From assembly GCA_937928475.1 (NCBI GenBank), contig CALFVE010000080.1, positions 1-45,528 of the forward strand: a DNA stretch of 45,528 bases. The letters run 5' to 3'. This document shows positions 35,086-42,995 of the stretch, in pieces. Made by a program: the position numbers and the translations under genes. Below the pieces are notes generated by a model, which was not told the origin of the DNA, did not search any database, and was given only the letters and a program-made list of their open reading frames with translations. Positions within the stretch are counted from its first letter, which is position 1. Each line of letters starts with the position of its first letter. The DNA comes from an uncultured bacterium. GTDB taxonomy: Bacteria > Armatimonadota > Zipacnadia > Zipacnadales > Zipacnadaceae.

Positions 35086-36404
35086 CGCTGCGCTTTCCCT
35101 GCGCTCCCTCCCACCTGCTCCCACTTCTCCAACTCCACAATCCGCGCCAGCGTGCTGCCGGCCTCGATCTCCGCCATCTCCCGGCTCTCGCGCTCCACCA
35201 CCGCCAGGGCCCGGTTAGCAATCTCCACCGCCCGCTCCTGGGGAATCACCACTACGCCATCGTCGTCGGCGATGACCCAGTCGCCGGTGCGAATGGCGAT
35301 GCCGCCGATCTTGAGGGGCACGCCGATCATGCCCATGCCCTTGGGATCGCCGGCGGCGGGCGCGACCAGGCTGCAGAAAGCCGGGAAGCCCAGTTCCTGG
35401 ATACCGCGACTATCGCGCAGGGCCCCGTGGATGATGACCCCCGCCAGTCCACGCGAGATACAGGATTTGGTGGCTTCCTCGCCCCAGACGGCCGGCCCTT
35501 CGCCGCGCACGTCCACGAACAGCACCATGCCGGGTGCCGCCTGGTCAATCGCCTCCACCGGCTTGGCCCAGTCGCCGGGGTAAGTCCAGACGGTGAGCAC
35601 CGGGCCGACGCAGCGCGCGCGGGGATAGAGCGGGCGAATCCCTGGCACCCAGCCGCCTCGGTGCATGGCGTCGGAGACTTGCGCCGCCTCGCATTTCTCC
35701 AGAATCTCGCGAATCTGCTCCGGTCCGCCGCGCTTGTAGCGCTCGGTGGCAATCGCCTGGCCGGTTTCGATAGCGCGCAGGATTGTGCGGGTGGCCTCGG
35801 CGGCGTCGGGGGCCTTAGTGATGGCCCCGCCGACAATGATGATGTCCGCGCCGGCGGCCACCGCGGCTGGTGCCGTCTCCGAGTTGAGTCCTCCGGCAGC
35901 GGCGATGGGGATGTCCACCGCCTGCGCCACCTGCTGTAAGGTTCCCAGTGGCGTCTCCCCGCGCATTTGCACGTCAATAGGCAGGTGCACACCGATGATC
36001 GCCGCGCCGAGTTCCTGCGCCCGCCGCGCGCGGTTGGGCGGATCGGCGACTTCCGCCAGGTCTACCATGATACGCGCGTCATAGCGCTGCCCGGCCTCGA
36101 CGCACTCGGCGATGGTCTCATCGGAGGCCGCGCCGAGCACGGCCACCACCTGCGCCCCGGCCTGCGCCGCCATCTCCACCTCCACGCGCCCGGCGTCCAT
36201 GGTCTTCATGTCGGCGACGATAGTGCGGTCGGGGAAGCGGCGCTTGAGTTCGCGCACCGCCTGCAAGCCCTCGCTCTTAATCAGCGGCGTGCCCGCCTCC
36301 AGCCACTGCGCGCCGCCCGCCACCGCCTCCTCGGCTACCCGCAGCGCCTGGCTGAGATTAGCAAAGTCGAGGGCAACCTGCAGTATAGGGCCCGATGCTT
36401 CCAT
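35067..36404 (-). CDS. Bifunctional 3-hexulose-6-phosphate synthase (OMPdecase-fold) / RraA-like aldolase-type domain fusion
   Basis: The N-terminal half has HPS motifs: ILQVALDF, EAGTPLIKSEG, IVADMKTMDAG, GVHLPIDVQ, IAAAGGLN, IIIVGGAITKA. The C-terminal half is RraA/HMG-aldolase-like: VSDAMHRGG, GPVLTVW, PGMVLFVD, AVWGEEATKSCISRGLAGVIIHGALRD, AIRTGDWVIADDDGVVVIP. ATG 36404 has AAGGGTGA upstream. Confidence 0.8.
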   Translation of the reverse strand: MEASGPILQVALDFANLSQALRVAEEAVAGGAQWLEAGTPLIKSEGLQAVRELKRRFPDRTIVADMKTMDAGRVEVEMAAQAGAQVVAVLGAASDETIAECVEAGQRYDARIMVDLAEVADPPNRARRAQELGAAIIGVHLPIDVQMRGETPLGTLQQVAQAVDIPIAAAGGLNSETAPAAVAAGADIIIVGGAITKAPDAAEATRTILRAIETGQAIATERYKRGGPEQIREILEKCEAAQVSDAMHRGGWVPGIRPLYPRARCVGPVLTVWTYPGDWAKPVEAIDQAAPGMVLFVDVRGEGPAVWGEEATKSCISRGLAGVIIHGALRDSRGIQELGFPAFCSLVAPAAGDPKGMGMIGVPLKIGGIAIRTGDWVIADDDGVVVIPQERAVEIANRALAVVERESREMAEIEAGSTLARIVELEKWEQVGGSAGKAQREPNGS

Positions 36405-36565
36405 TGAGATCACCCTTGTGGTGCGTCGCGTAAGGAATATCTTGACCGCTGAGGGTTCGATTTCCTGCCCGCAGGAAGGAACCGGCCAGGTCGGGAAGAA
36501 CTTCGCCTTGTCCCGGACACGCTCTGGCGAGGTCAGCGTGCCTTGGCGACAGGAGGTTGGTCCGA

Positions 36566-37516
36566 GTGCGCCGCCCTGCTCTTATCTGCACCGTGGTGCT
36601 TGTGACTGCAATGCCTGCGCTCCCCCAAGACGCCGCTCCGCTTGCCCTGCTCACTTCTCACCTCGGCCACGCCGGGCCGCACTTTGCGCCGGGGATGAGG
36701 CCGAGTACCCTCGGATGGGGGCCGGATGACCGGCCTTACCCGGATCGATTCCTAGTGAACCCGCGCGACCTCGCCGAGATGGCCTGGATTCCGCCGGGTG
36801 AGTTCCTCATGGGCACCACTCCCGACCGCATGGACCCCGCCCACCCCGAATGGTACGCCGACGAGCAGCCGGTACACCTAGTGCGGATCACGCAGGGCTT
36901 TTGGATGTACCGGCACGAGGTGACCAACGAGCAGTTCCGCCGCTTCCGGCCCCAGCACAACAGCGGGGAGTTCCGGGGGCTTCCCGTCAACGCCGACAAG
37001 ATGCCGGCGGTGAGCCTGGACTGGGCGGCGGCGAAGGCTTACTGCGACTGGGCCGGCGTGCGCTTGCCGACCGAGGCCGAATGGGAGTATGCCTGCCGCG
37101 CCGGCAGAAACGACCGCTTCACTTGGGGCAACAGCGAACAGGCAGCCGGGCGGTACGCCAATGTCTCCGACCGCACTGCTGCCGCCAAGTGGGGCGACTT
37201 CCTCGCCTTCGACACCGACGACGGAATCGCGGTGAGTGCGGCCGTGGGTCTCTTTCCGCCCAACGCTTGGGGCTTGTATGACATGCTGGGCAACGCCTGG
37301 GAGTGGTGCGCGGACTGGTACGCCCCGGATTACTACTCTCATTCGCCGGTGGAGGACCCGGCGGGACCCGACACAGGCAAGGCGCGCGTCTTGCGCGGTG
37401 GATCCTGGTTCAGCGACCCGGTGACCGCCCGCTGCACCGACCGCTTCAGTTACTTCCCGGAGGATACCTGCCCAGGCCGGGGCTTCCGGGCCTGCGTGAC
37501 GCCGTGGGACCGATAG
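36566..37516 (+). CDS. Formylglycine-generating enzyme (FGE/SUMF1) family protein, secreted
   Basis: AGGAGG lies 9 nt before GTG 36566. Signal-like VRRPALICTVVLVTAMPALPQDAAP. IPPGEFLMGT, TEAEWEYACRAG, GLYDMLGNAWEWCADWY, RVLRGGSWF, GFRAC. Confidence 0.85.
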   Translation: MRRPALICTVVLVTAMPALPQDAAPLALLTSHLGHAGPHFAPGMRPSTLGWGPDDRPYPDRFLVNPRDLAEMAWIPPGEFLMGTTPDRMDPAHPEWYADEQPVHLVRITQGFWMYRHEVTNEQFRRFRPQHNSGEFRGLPVNADKMPAVSLDWAAAKAYCDWAGVRLPTEAEWEYACRAGRNDRFTWGNSEQAAGRYANVSDRTAAAKWGDFLAFDTDDGIAVSAAVGLFPPNAWGLYDMLGNAWEWCADWYAPDYYSHSPVEDPAGPDTGKARVLRGGSWFSDPVTARCTDRFSYFPEDTCPGRGFRACVTPWDR

Positions 37517-37553
37517 CCCCGCGAATAGCCGGCCGCTCCGCGTAGGGCGCCAG

Positions 37554-37572
37554 CCTGCCGGGCCGCGGCAGG
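37554..37572. terminator. GC-rich hairpin between convergent genes (possible bidirectional terminator)
   Basis: CCTGCCG-GGCCG-CGGCAGG, a 7-bp stem, in the 59-nt gap between the FGE stop (37516) and the B12-protein stop (37576). No clear U-tract. Confidence 0.35.
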
Positions 37573-37575
37573 GCG

Positions 37576-39225
37576 TCACAGACTGATCCCCAGTCTCTCC
37601 AGACGCTGCCGCTCCGTGAGAGGCCTGCCGGTCTCCCTGTCCACCGCCCGCACGGTTCCGGCCACCAGCGCCGTCTCGACCTGGCCGCAGGCCTCGGGAT
37701 TGCCCGCCAGATGGGGAGCATCCAGCACTCCGCGACGCACCGCCTCGGCCAGCGTCTCGGGGTGGGTCCAGGGATCATCCTCCCCTGCGCCCAGTTGCCG
37801 GATGGCCTCCAGGGTGAGTTCCGCCTCGGCCACCAGTTCTTCGCAACGCCGGGCGACTTGCGAGTCGGCGGTCATCTCTGGCATGCCCTCCAGGCACTGC
37901 GCGAGCGCCCCGTGCACGATCCGGCAACTCTCGATCAACTCCCGAGCCGTGATAGCGTGGTCGCCCTCGCTGTAGCCGACTACGTGAACAATCTGCGGCT
38001 GGAGCGCCATCTGCAGGACGGTGGAAGCGGCCAGTTGCCCCTTGGCCTGATCGGGGTCAGGACGGAAGCAGGCCAGACCGGCCCGGGTCTGCGTAACTGA
38101 GGTGAACTGGGCGTCGTGCAGGCGCTGGATGAGCGTTCGCTTGGCCAGCATCTTGGCCAGGTCCATACTGGGCCAAGTGCGCGCGGGGGTGTTGAACATG
38201 TACTGGGCCACATACAGCCTCACGCCGGCGGCCTTGGCGTTGCAGGCGCCCAGGAAGGCGGCGACGACGGCGACGGCATCGGGCGCCTCGCGCAGGCTCC
38301 AATGATGTGCTTCGTTGCATTCCAGGGGTAGACCGCGCTCGGCGTACCAGCGCATGGCCTCCTGATTCTCAGCAATACTGACCGCCAGGGGACGCGCGGA
38401 GCGGCCATCGAGCCGGTTATACCAGAACAGCGGGACGGCGCCCCAGGCGTTGTGCACAGTACGCACGGCCAGATCCGCCCACTGGAGCAAGTCCTGGGTG
38501 CCCGCGTAGATGCGCACCAAGGGATAGTTGCCGCAGCGGGTGGCCTGGTAGATAGCCTCCAGGTCTTCGGGGCGACGCAGGGGCACACCGCCCGCGCCGT
38601 CCAGTTCGGGGCGCATCTGCTCAGGTCGGAAGAAAAACTGCTGGGCGTTCTGGTCCGGCCCGAGAGAAAGCACGTCGAGCACGCCGGCCTCGGCGATCTC
38701 CCGCGCGCCGGCCACCGTTGCCTCTACCGTAGGCTGGCCGAAGTGATGCCGCAGCAAGGGATAGCCGCCGTTGCTGGCCAAGCGTTCAGCCAAAGTGTCG
38801 GCGCGGTTGATCGGGCGGCCCTCCGCTTGCCGGCCGCGTAGGCAAGCCAGCACCGCCTCGGGGCTAGCCTCGGCGCCGAAGACCTGGTCGAAGAGCCCCA
38901 CCTGGCGAGCCTGCTCGGCGACGGGTTCGGTGCCGCCGAAGACGAAGCGGCGGTCGAGCAAAGCCCGGTCGCGCAGTTGAGTAGCGAGTTCCTCCAGCAG
39001 CCGCCGGCCCACCTCTGGCGTCAGGCGGTAACTGACCGCCACCAACTCCGGCTGCTGGCGGGCGATCTCCGCTACGAGTTGGTCTACGGGCACCGCTGCT
39101 CCCAGGGAGACCGTTCGGTAGCCCTCCTGCTCCGCCAAGCGGAGAAAGCCGAGCAAGCCAGCCACATGCACGCAGTTGCCTAGCGCCGCGCCCAGCGCCA
39201 GCGGCTTACGGTTGTCCTGGTTCAC
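37576..39225 (-). CDS. Cobalamin (B12)-binding-domain protein fused to a ~420-aa uncharacterised (TIM-barrel-like) domain
   Basis: The N-terminal ~130 aa has a B12-binding Rossmann layout (ALGNCVHVAGLLGFLRLAEQEGYRTVSLGAAVPVDQLVAEIARQQPELVAVSYRL). HxxG is kept, but Cys replaces the Asp of DxHxxG. The remainder has only vague resemblance to mutase large-subunit barrels. The start overlaps the upstream gene by 20 nt. Confidence 0.65.
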   Translation of the reverse strand: MNQDNRKPLALGAALGNCVHVAGLLGFLRLAEQEGYRTVSLGAAVPVDQLVAEIARQQPELVAVSYRLTPEVGRRLLEELATQLRDRALLDRRFVFGGTEPVAEQARQVGLFDQVFGAEASPEAVLACLRGRQAEGRPINRADTLAERLASNGGYPLLRHHFGQPTVEATVAGAREIAEAGVLDVLSLGPDQNAQQFFFRPEQMRPELDGAGGVPLRRPEDLEAIYQATRCGNYPLVRIYAGTQDLLQWADLAVRTVHNAWGAVPLFWYNRLDGRSARPLAVSIAENQEAMRWYAERGLPLECNEAHHWSLREAPDAVAVVAAFLGACNAKAAGVRLYVAQYMFNTPARTWPSMDLAKMLAKRTLIQRLHDAQFTSVTQTRAGLACFRPDPDQAKGQLAASTVLQMALQPQIVHVVGYSEGDHAITARELIESCRIVHGALAQCLEGMPEMTADSQVARRCEELVAEAELTLEAIRQLGAGEDDPWTHPETLAEAVRRGVLDAPHLAGNPEACGQVETALVAGTVRAVDRETGRPLTERQRLERLGISL

Positions 39226-40351
39226 CCTCCATCACCAGCCTTCGGATCTGGCGCACCGTCAGCCCAGCCAGGCCTAGGCTTTCCACGGTGCGGCCCGTCG
39301 CCCAGAAGTCCTCCCCCATCAGGGCGCAGGCCAGTTCGGCCACTGCGGTCATGGCCGGGGTGGGTACCCCCAGTTGCTGGCCGAGCGAGATCATCGGCAC
39401 CAGGGTCATGGGCACGTCCTCCAGGATGTAGCGGTGCATCAGGGTGATTGGCGCCATGATGCCTTTGTAGCCCGGGTTAGCCTGCACCGCCTGGTACAAG
39501 TCGCTGCCGGCTGAATCGTAGGCCAGGTACAGCCACTGACGCGCGGTGCGTATGCCCAGTCCCAGGGCGTCACCCAGGGCCACCCGCTCCTCATCCATGC
39601 GCTCCAGCACGCGAGCCACCGAAGGGGTAATGCCCTCCAGGTAGTACTCGAAACTCCCGTGAGTGCCTTCCACCCGCGCAGCATTCATGAGCATCACGGC
39701 CGGGTGAAAAAGGATGGCGACGTTGCTGAGGCCGGTCTTGAGTACATTATCACCGGGGACGAACTGGCGATAGGCCGCGCGCAGGACCTTTAGTACTTCC
39801 GAGGTGCGGTAGCCGGGAAGCGCAGCGATGGGGACATTGTTCTTGACGGCAAAGATGCGCGCCTCCGCCGGCTGGGTGACGCGGCTGGCGTAGATGAAGG
39901 TCTGCGTCTCGGCGATCAGGGGATCCGCGGGACAGCCACGCTCCCGTAGGATCCGGCGGAACTCCAGCGCCCCGCCCATGCGGCCCGGGTTGAGCACTAC
40001 CACGTGGTCATCGCGCAGGTGAGGCGCGCACTGCTCGGCCAAGAAAGCATGACCGTAGGCGGGTACCACGACCATGATCACATCCGCGTTGGCCAGGGCC
40101 TCGGCGGGGTCTGTGGTGATCAGGTCCATGCGCGCCTCGCCCGACTCTACGTTGTCCAGCCCCGGACTGAGCAGTTCGATGACCCCGCGCTCCCGCACCG
40201 GCGTCAGCCGATCCTCACTGCGGTTATACAGGGTAACGGGAAAACCCTTGAGTGCGAGATGGGCGGCCATGGCCATGCCCCCGTGGCCGGCTCCCATCAC
40301 ACAGAAGCGGTACCGCTTGGCGCAGGCTGGGGTGGAGCCTTTCTCCGGCAT
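39206..40351 (-). CDS. NAD(P)-dependent octopine/nopaline (opine) dehydrogenase family protein
   Basis: Start at ATG 40351 (MPEKG...). YRFCVMGAGHGGMAMAAHLALKGFPVTLYNR Rossmann motif. The C-terminal Octopine_DH-like region has GPITLMHRYILEDVP-type patterns (APITLMHRYILEDVPMTLVP). Confidence 0.8.
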   Translation of the reverse strand: MPEKGSTPACAKRYRFCVMGAGHGGMAMAAHLALKGFPVTLYNRSEDRLTPVRERGVIELLSPGLDNVESGEARMDLITTDPAEALANADVIMVVVPAYGHAFLAEQCAPHLRDDHVVVLNPGRMGGALEFRRILRERGCPADPLIAETQTFIYASRVTQPAEARIFAVKNNVPIAALPGYRTSEVLKVLRAAYRQFVPGDNVLKTGLSNVAILFHPAVMLMNAARVEGTHGSFEYYLEGITPSVARVLERMDEERVALGDALGLGIRTARQWLYLAYDSAGSDLYQAVQANPGYKGIMAPITLMHRYILEDVPMTLVPMISLGQQLGVPTPAMTAVAELACALMGEDFWATGRTVESLGLAGLTVRQIRRLVMEGEPGQP

Positions 40352-40551
40352 GCTTGCACCTCTCACCTTGGTCGCCGTCAGATTGCTGGTGTGAAAGCCG
40401 CCCTCAAGCGGTGCGATGGGGAGCACCCATACCGACACTGTCTACCCAGGCGAGGGTTCTGGCAGCCGCAGGCGAGCCAGCGCCTAGAGACGGCGGCAGG
40501 GCGGCCTGCCCGGCTGCCCTGCTCATCCGACGACTGAGCGTCTGCCCTCGC

Positions 40552-41424
40552 CTACAGTCCCACCGCGTCCAGCACCGGCGGCACATACTCGTTCCAGCCC
40601 AACGGCATGATATGCACGCCCTGGCAGAGCGGACGCAGGGCCTTGATCAGTTCCGCCGTGATCTCGATACTGGTGGCGACCTTGTCCTTGGTCGTCTTCA
40701 TCCGCTCGATGATTTCGTCGGGGACCATGACGCCTGCTACGTTGTTGTTCATGTAGCGGGCCATGCCCGCGCTTTTGAGCATGACCAGGCCCGCCAGGAT
40801 GGGCACGCCGATATCCCCCACCTGGCGCATGAAGTCGGCGAAGAGTTCCGGGTCGTAGACTGCCTGGGTTTGCACAAACTGGGCGCCAGCGGCCACCTTC
40901 TTGCGCAGTTTCATCAGTTGCGGCTCCAGTGGCTTAGCGCCGGGGTTGACCACGCAGCCGATGAAGAAATCGGGGGGCTCACCCTCCAGTTCGTTGCCGG
41001 CCAAATCGTGCCCCTCGCGGAGGCACTTGGCGGCGTGAATCAGTTGCACCGAGTCGAGGTCAAAGACCGGCTTGGCCTCGGGATGATCGCCGAGAGTGGT
41101 GTAATCGCCAGTCAGGCAAAGGACCTCGGTGATGCCGAAGGCAGCGGCGCTGATCAGTTCTGATTGCAGGGAGAGGCGGTTGCGGTCGCGGCAGACCATC
41201 TGCAGGATGGGGTCGAGCCCGGCCTGCTTGAGTTTGAGGCAAGCGGCGAAGGAACTGGCGCGCATAGCCGCGGCTTGCAGGTCGGTGACGTTGAAACCGT
41301 CCACGCGCCCGCGGCAGGGCTCGGCCTCCGCCTCAATCATGTGGTCGAGGTGAATCCCCTTGGGCGGGGCTACCTCAGTGGTGACGATGAACTTGCCGGA
41401 TGCAATGGCGCTGCGGATGGACAT
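40552..41424 (-). CDS. metF: Methylenetetrahydrofolate reductase (MetF family, short bacterial/acetogen-like form)
   Basis: MSIRSAIASGKFIVTTEVAPPKG, DGFNVTD, LQMVCRDRNR, VLCLTGD, FVQTQAVYD, PILAGLVMLKS. Confidence 0.85.
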   Translation of the reverse strand: MSIRSAIASGKFIVTTEVAPPKGIHLDHMIEAEAEPCRGRVDGFNVTDLQAAAMRASSFAACLKLKQAGLDPILQMVCRDRNRLSLQSELISAAAFGITEVLCLTGDYTTLGDHPEAKPVFDLDSVQLIHAAKCLREGHDLAGNELEGEPPDFFIGCVVNPGAKPLEPQLMKLRKKVAAGAQFVQTQAVYDPELFADFMRQVGDIGVPILAGLVMLKSAGMARYMNNNVAGVMVPDEIIERMKTTKDKVATSIEITAELIKALRPLCQGVHIMPLGWNEYVPPVLDAVGL

Positions 41425-41496
41425 GCTCGGTTTTCTCCTGTGCTTCTTTGTGTGCGGGCGCAACCTCCGCTCCGCCCGCCCTTTCTGCCTGCCTCC

Positions 41497-41530
41497 CCAT
41501 CCGCTCCCCCGCAGGCGGGGGACAGGATGG
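41497..41530 (-). other. Extended intercistronic hairpin between the amidohydrolase and metF
   Basis: Plus strand: CCATCC-GC-TCCCCCG-CAGG-CGGGGGA-CA-GGATGG. Outer 6-bp and inner 7-bp stems around a symmetric 2x2 internal loop, within a 165-nt spacer. Confidence 0.5.
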
Positions 41531-41589
41531 AGTTACGTTGGCCGCGTCCGGAATTCCCCCCTACCTCGGAAGGTCTTGTCCCGCCTGCC

Positions 41590-42828
41590 TTACACCTCCA
41601 GCCGGTAAGCCTCCTTCGGATTGTCCCAGAACCACTTCCGCGCCACTTCCAGAGCCTGGTCCTCAGTCATCAGTCCCGCGTGGACGCGTTCGGCCAGGAC
41701 CTCGGCGAGGTTCTCCTGCGCCATGCGCAGGTGTCCGATCACCTTGTCCACCGCCCGGCTCATATAGTCTCCGCCGAAGGCAAAGACTTTGTTCACCGGC
41801 ACGAAGTCCAGGATCAGCCTCATGCCCTCCTTGGTCAGCGTGGGGGACATGATATGCGTCCAGCACAGATTGAGCCAGACGTTGGCGAAGTTCTTGCCGA
41901 TGATGGTGGCCTCCTGCATCTGCGGGAAACTCAGGTGGTAGAGATCAAACCGGGTCTGCGGGTGGCGCATGAAGAAGGGGATCATGTGCACCGCTTCCAG
42001 TTGCCGGAAGTCGCCCCAGAGGCCGCTGTGAGTGGCGACGATTAGGTCGTGGCGGGCCGCCATTTCTAACATGCGGTCGAGTACGTACGTATGCAGCGGG
42101 TGCCACTGCGGCAGGCGCTCGATCCGGCCCGCGCGCAGTCCCTCCCACCCCGCCACGGCCTCCGGGTAGTCCGGGTCGGTGTACGGGTTGGCATGAATCT
42201 TGAGGCCAACCACCCCGCGCTGCTTGCCGGCCACCACGGCTTGCTCGAAGGCTTCCAGGTAGTCCTCAAGGGTGTGGACCTTGGCGCCCCAACTTGCCGC
42301 GTTGTTCTGGATGGCCTCCCAGGTGTGTACGTGATGCACGTGCAGTACGCGCATCACGGCCAGAAGCAGATCGCGGTCGCCGTAGTCGTTGCCGCCCTGG
42401 GTGAAGCAGCAGCGGATCTTGCATTTCTCGCGCAGGATCCACCGGTAGACGCCGGGCTGGTTGCGTTCCTGCATGGCCGCCGAGAGGGCCTCATAGGTGT
42501 CGTCGTTGATGTCGTCAAAGCCGTACAGTTCCCGGGCGGCGATAAAGCCGGCTCTTGCATAGGAGCCGAAGCGAATCTCCGGCAGGTAGCGCTGCAGTAG
42601 CCGCCAGCGGAACTCCAGGGGATAGTTGTGGTCATGAAGCCGCTGGAAGTCTGCCTCGCTCATGCCCGCCGTGATCAGGTCGGTGCGAGTGTAATGGCCG
42701 AAGAGGTTGAGCACATCCACGGGCTCGGAGGTGCGCTCCTCTTCGGGCCCCAGGTGCTCGTGGCAGTCAATAATCTCGAAGTCACGGATCGCTGTGAGAA
42801 GCGCTGCTTTGATATCTGAGATGCTCAT
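41590..42828 (-). CDS. Amidohydrolase-2 (metal-dependent TIM-barrel hydrolase/decarboxylase) family protein
   Basis: 412 aa. N-terminal IIDCHEHLG (HxH metal motif), later GLKIHANP, ATHSG and FGGDY, typical of COG2159-type amidohydrolases. Confidence 0.8.
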   Translation of the reverse strand: MSISDIKAALLTAIRDFEIIDCHEHLGPEEERTSEPVDVLNLFGHYTRTDLITAGMSEADFQRLHDHNYPLEFRWRLLQRYLPEIRFGSYARAGFIAARELYGFDDINDDTYEALSAAMQERNQPGVYRWILREKCKIRCCFTQGGNDYGDRDLLLAVMRVLHVHHVHTWEAIQNNAASWGAKVHTLEDYLEAFEQAVVAGKQRGVVGLKIHANPYTDPDYPEAVAGWEGLRAGRIERLPQWHPLHTYVLDRMLEMAARHDLIVATHSGLWGDFRQLEAVHMIPFFMRHPQTRFDLYHLSFPQMQEATIIGKNFANVWLNLCWTHIMSPTLTKEGMRLILDFVPVNKVFAFGGDYMSRAVDKVIGHLRMAQENLAEVLAERVHAGLMTEDQALEVARKWFWDNPKEAYRLEV

Positions 42829-42966
42829 TTGGTCACCTGCTGAGCGGAACTAGGACTTGCGCCCGGCGAACCCCAACCCGAGTTGCCCATCGCACCGGCC
42901 GCCACCGGCCAGCACATGAAATGGCGCCCCAACGGAGAACCTGCCTCGCGGCCTCCGTCGTTCGCC

Positions 42967-42987
42967 ACTCGCGACTCGCGGCTCGCG
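42967..42987 (-). repeat. Heptamer tandem repeat just downstream of the folD stop
   Basis: Plus strand: ACTCGCG ACTCGCG GCTCGCG. Minus strand: CGCGAGC CGCGAGT CGCGAGT, beginning 8 nt after the TAG. Confidence 0.6.
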
Positions 42988-42995
42988 CCTTGCTT

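Noticed and set aside
36445-36480. tRNA-like T-loop sequence (GAGGGTTCGATTTCC) in the HPS/FGE divergent region.
   Set aside because: The flanking sequence cannot form a 7-bp acceptor stem, D-arm or anticodon arm. The T-stem would be only 4 bp. Not a tRNA.
36566-37516. FGE-domain protein as a diversity-generating retroelement (DGR) target.
   Set aside because: No reverse transcriptase ORF and no obvious template-repeat copy of its 3' end is visible anywhere in the 45-kb window. The C-terminus looks like an ordinary FGE domain. It remains only a check suggested above.
39206-39225. The 20-nt overlap between the opine dehydrogenase 3' end and the B12-protein GTG start, considered as a possible annotation error or frameshifted fusion.
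   Set aside because: Both frames have clean family-like termini. The GTG sits right after GGAGG, which is poor spacing, but no alternative in-frame start exists before conserved B12-domain residues. It is left as annotated with start uncertainty.
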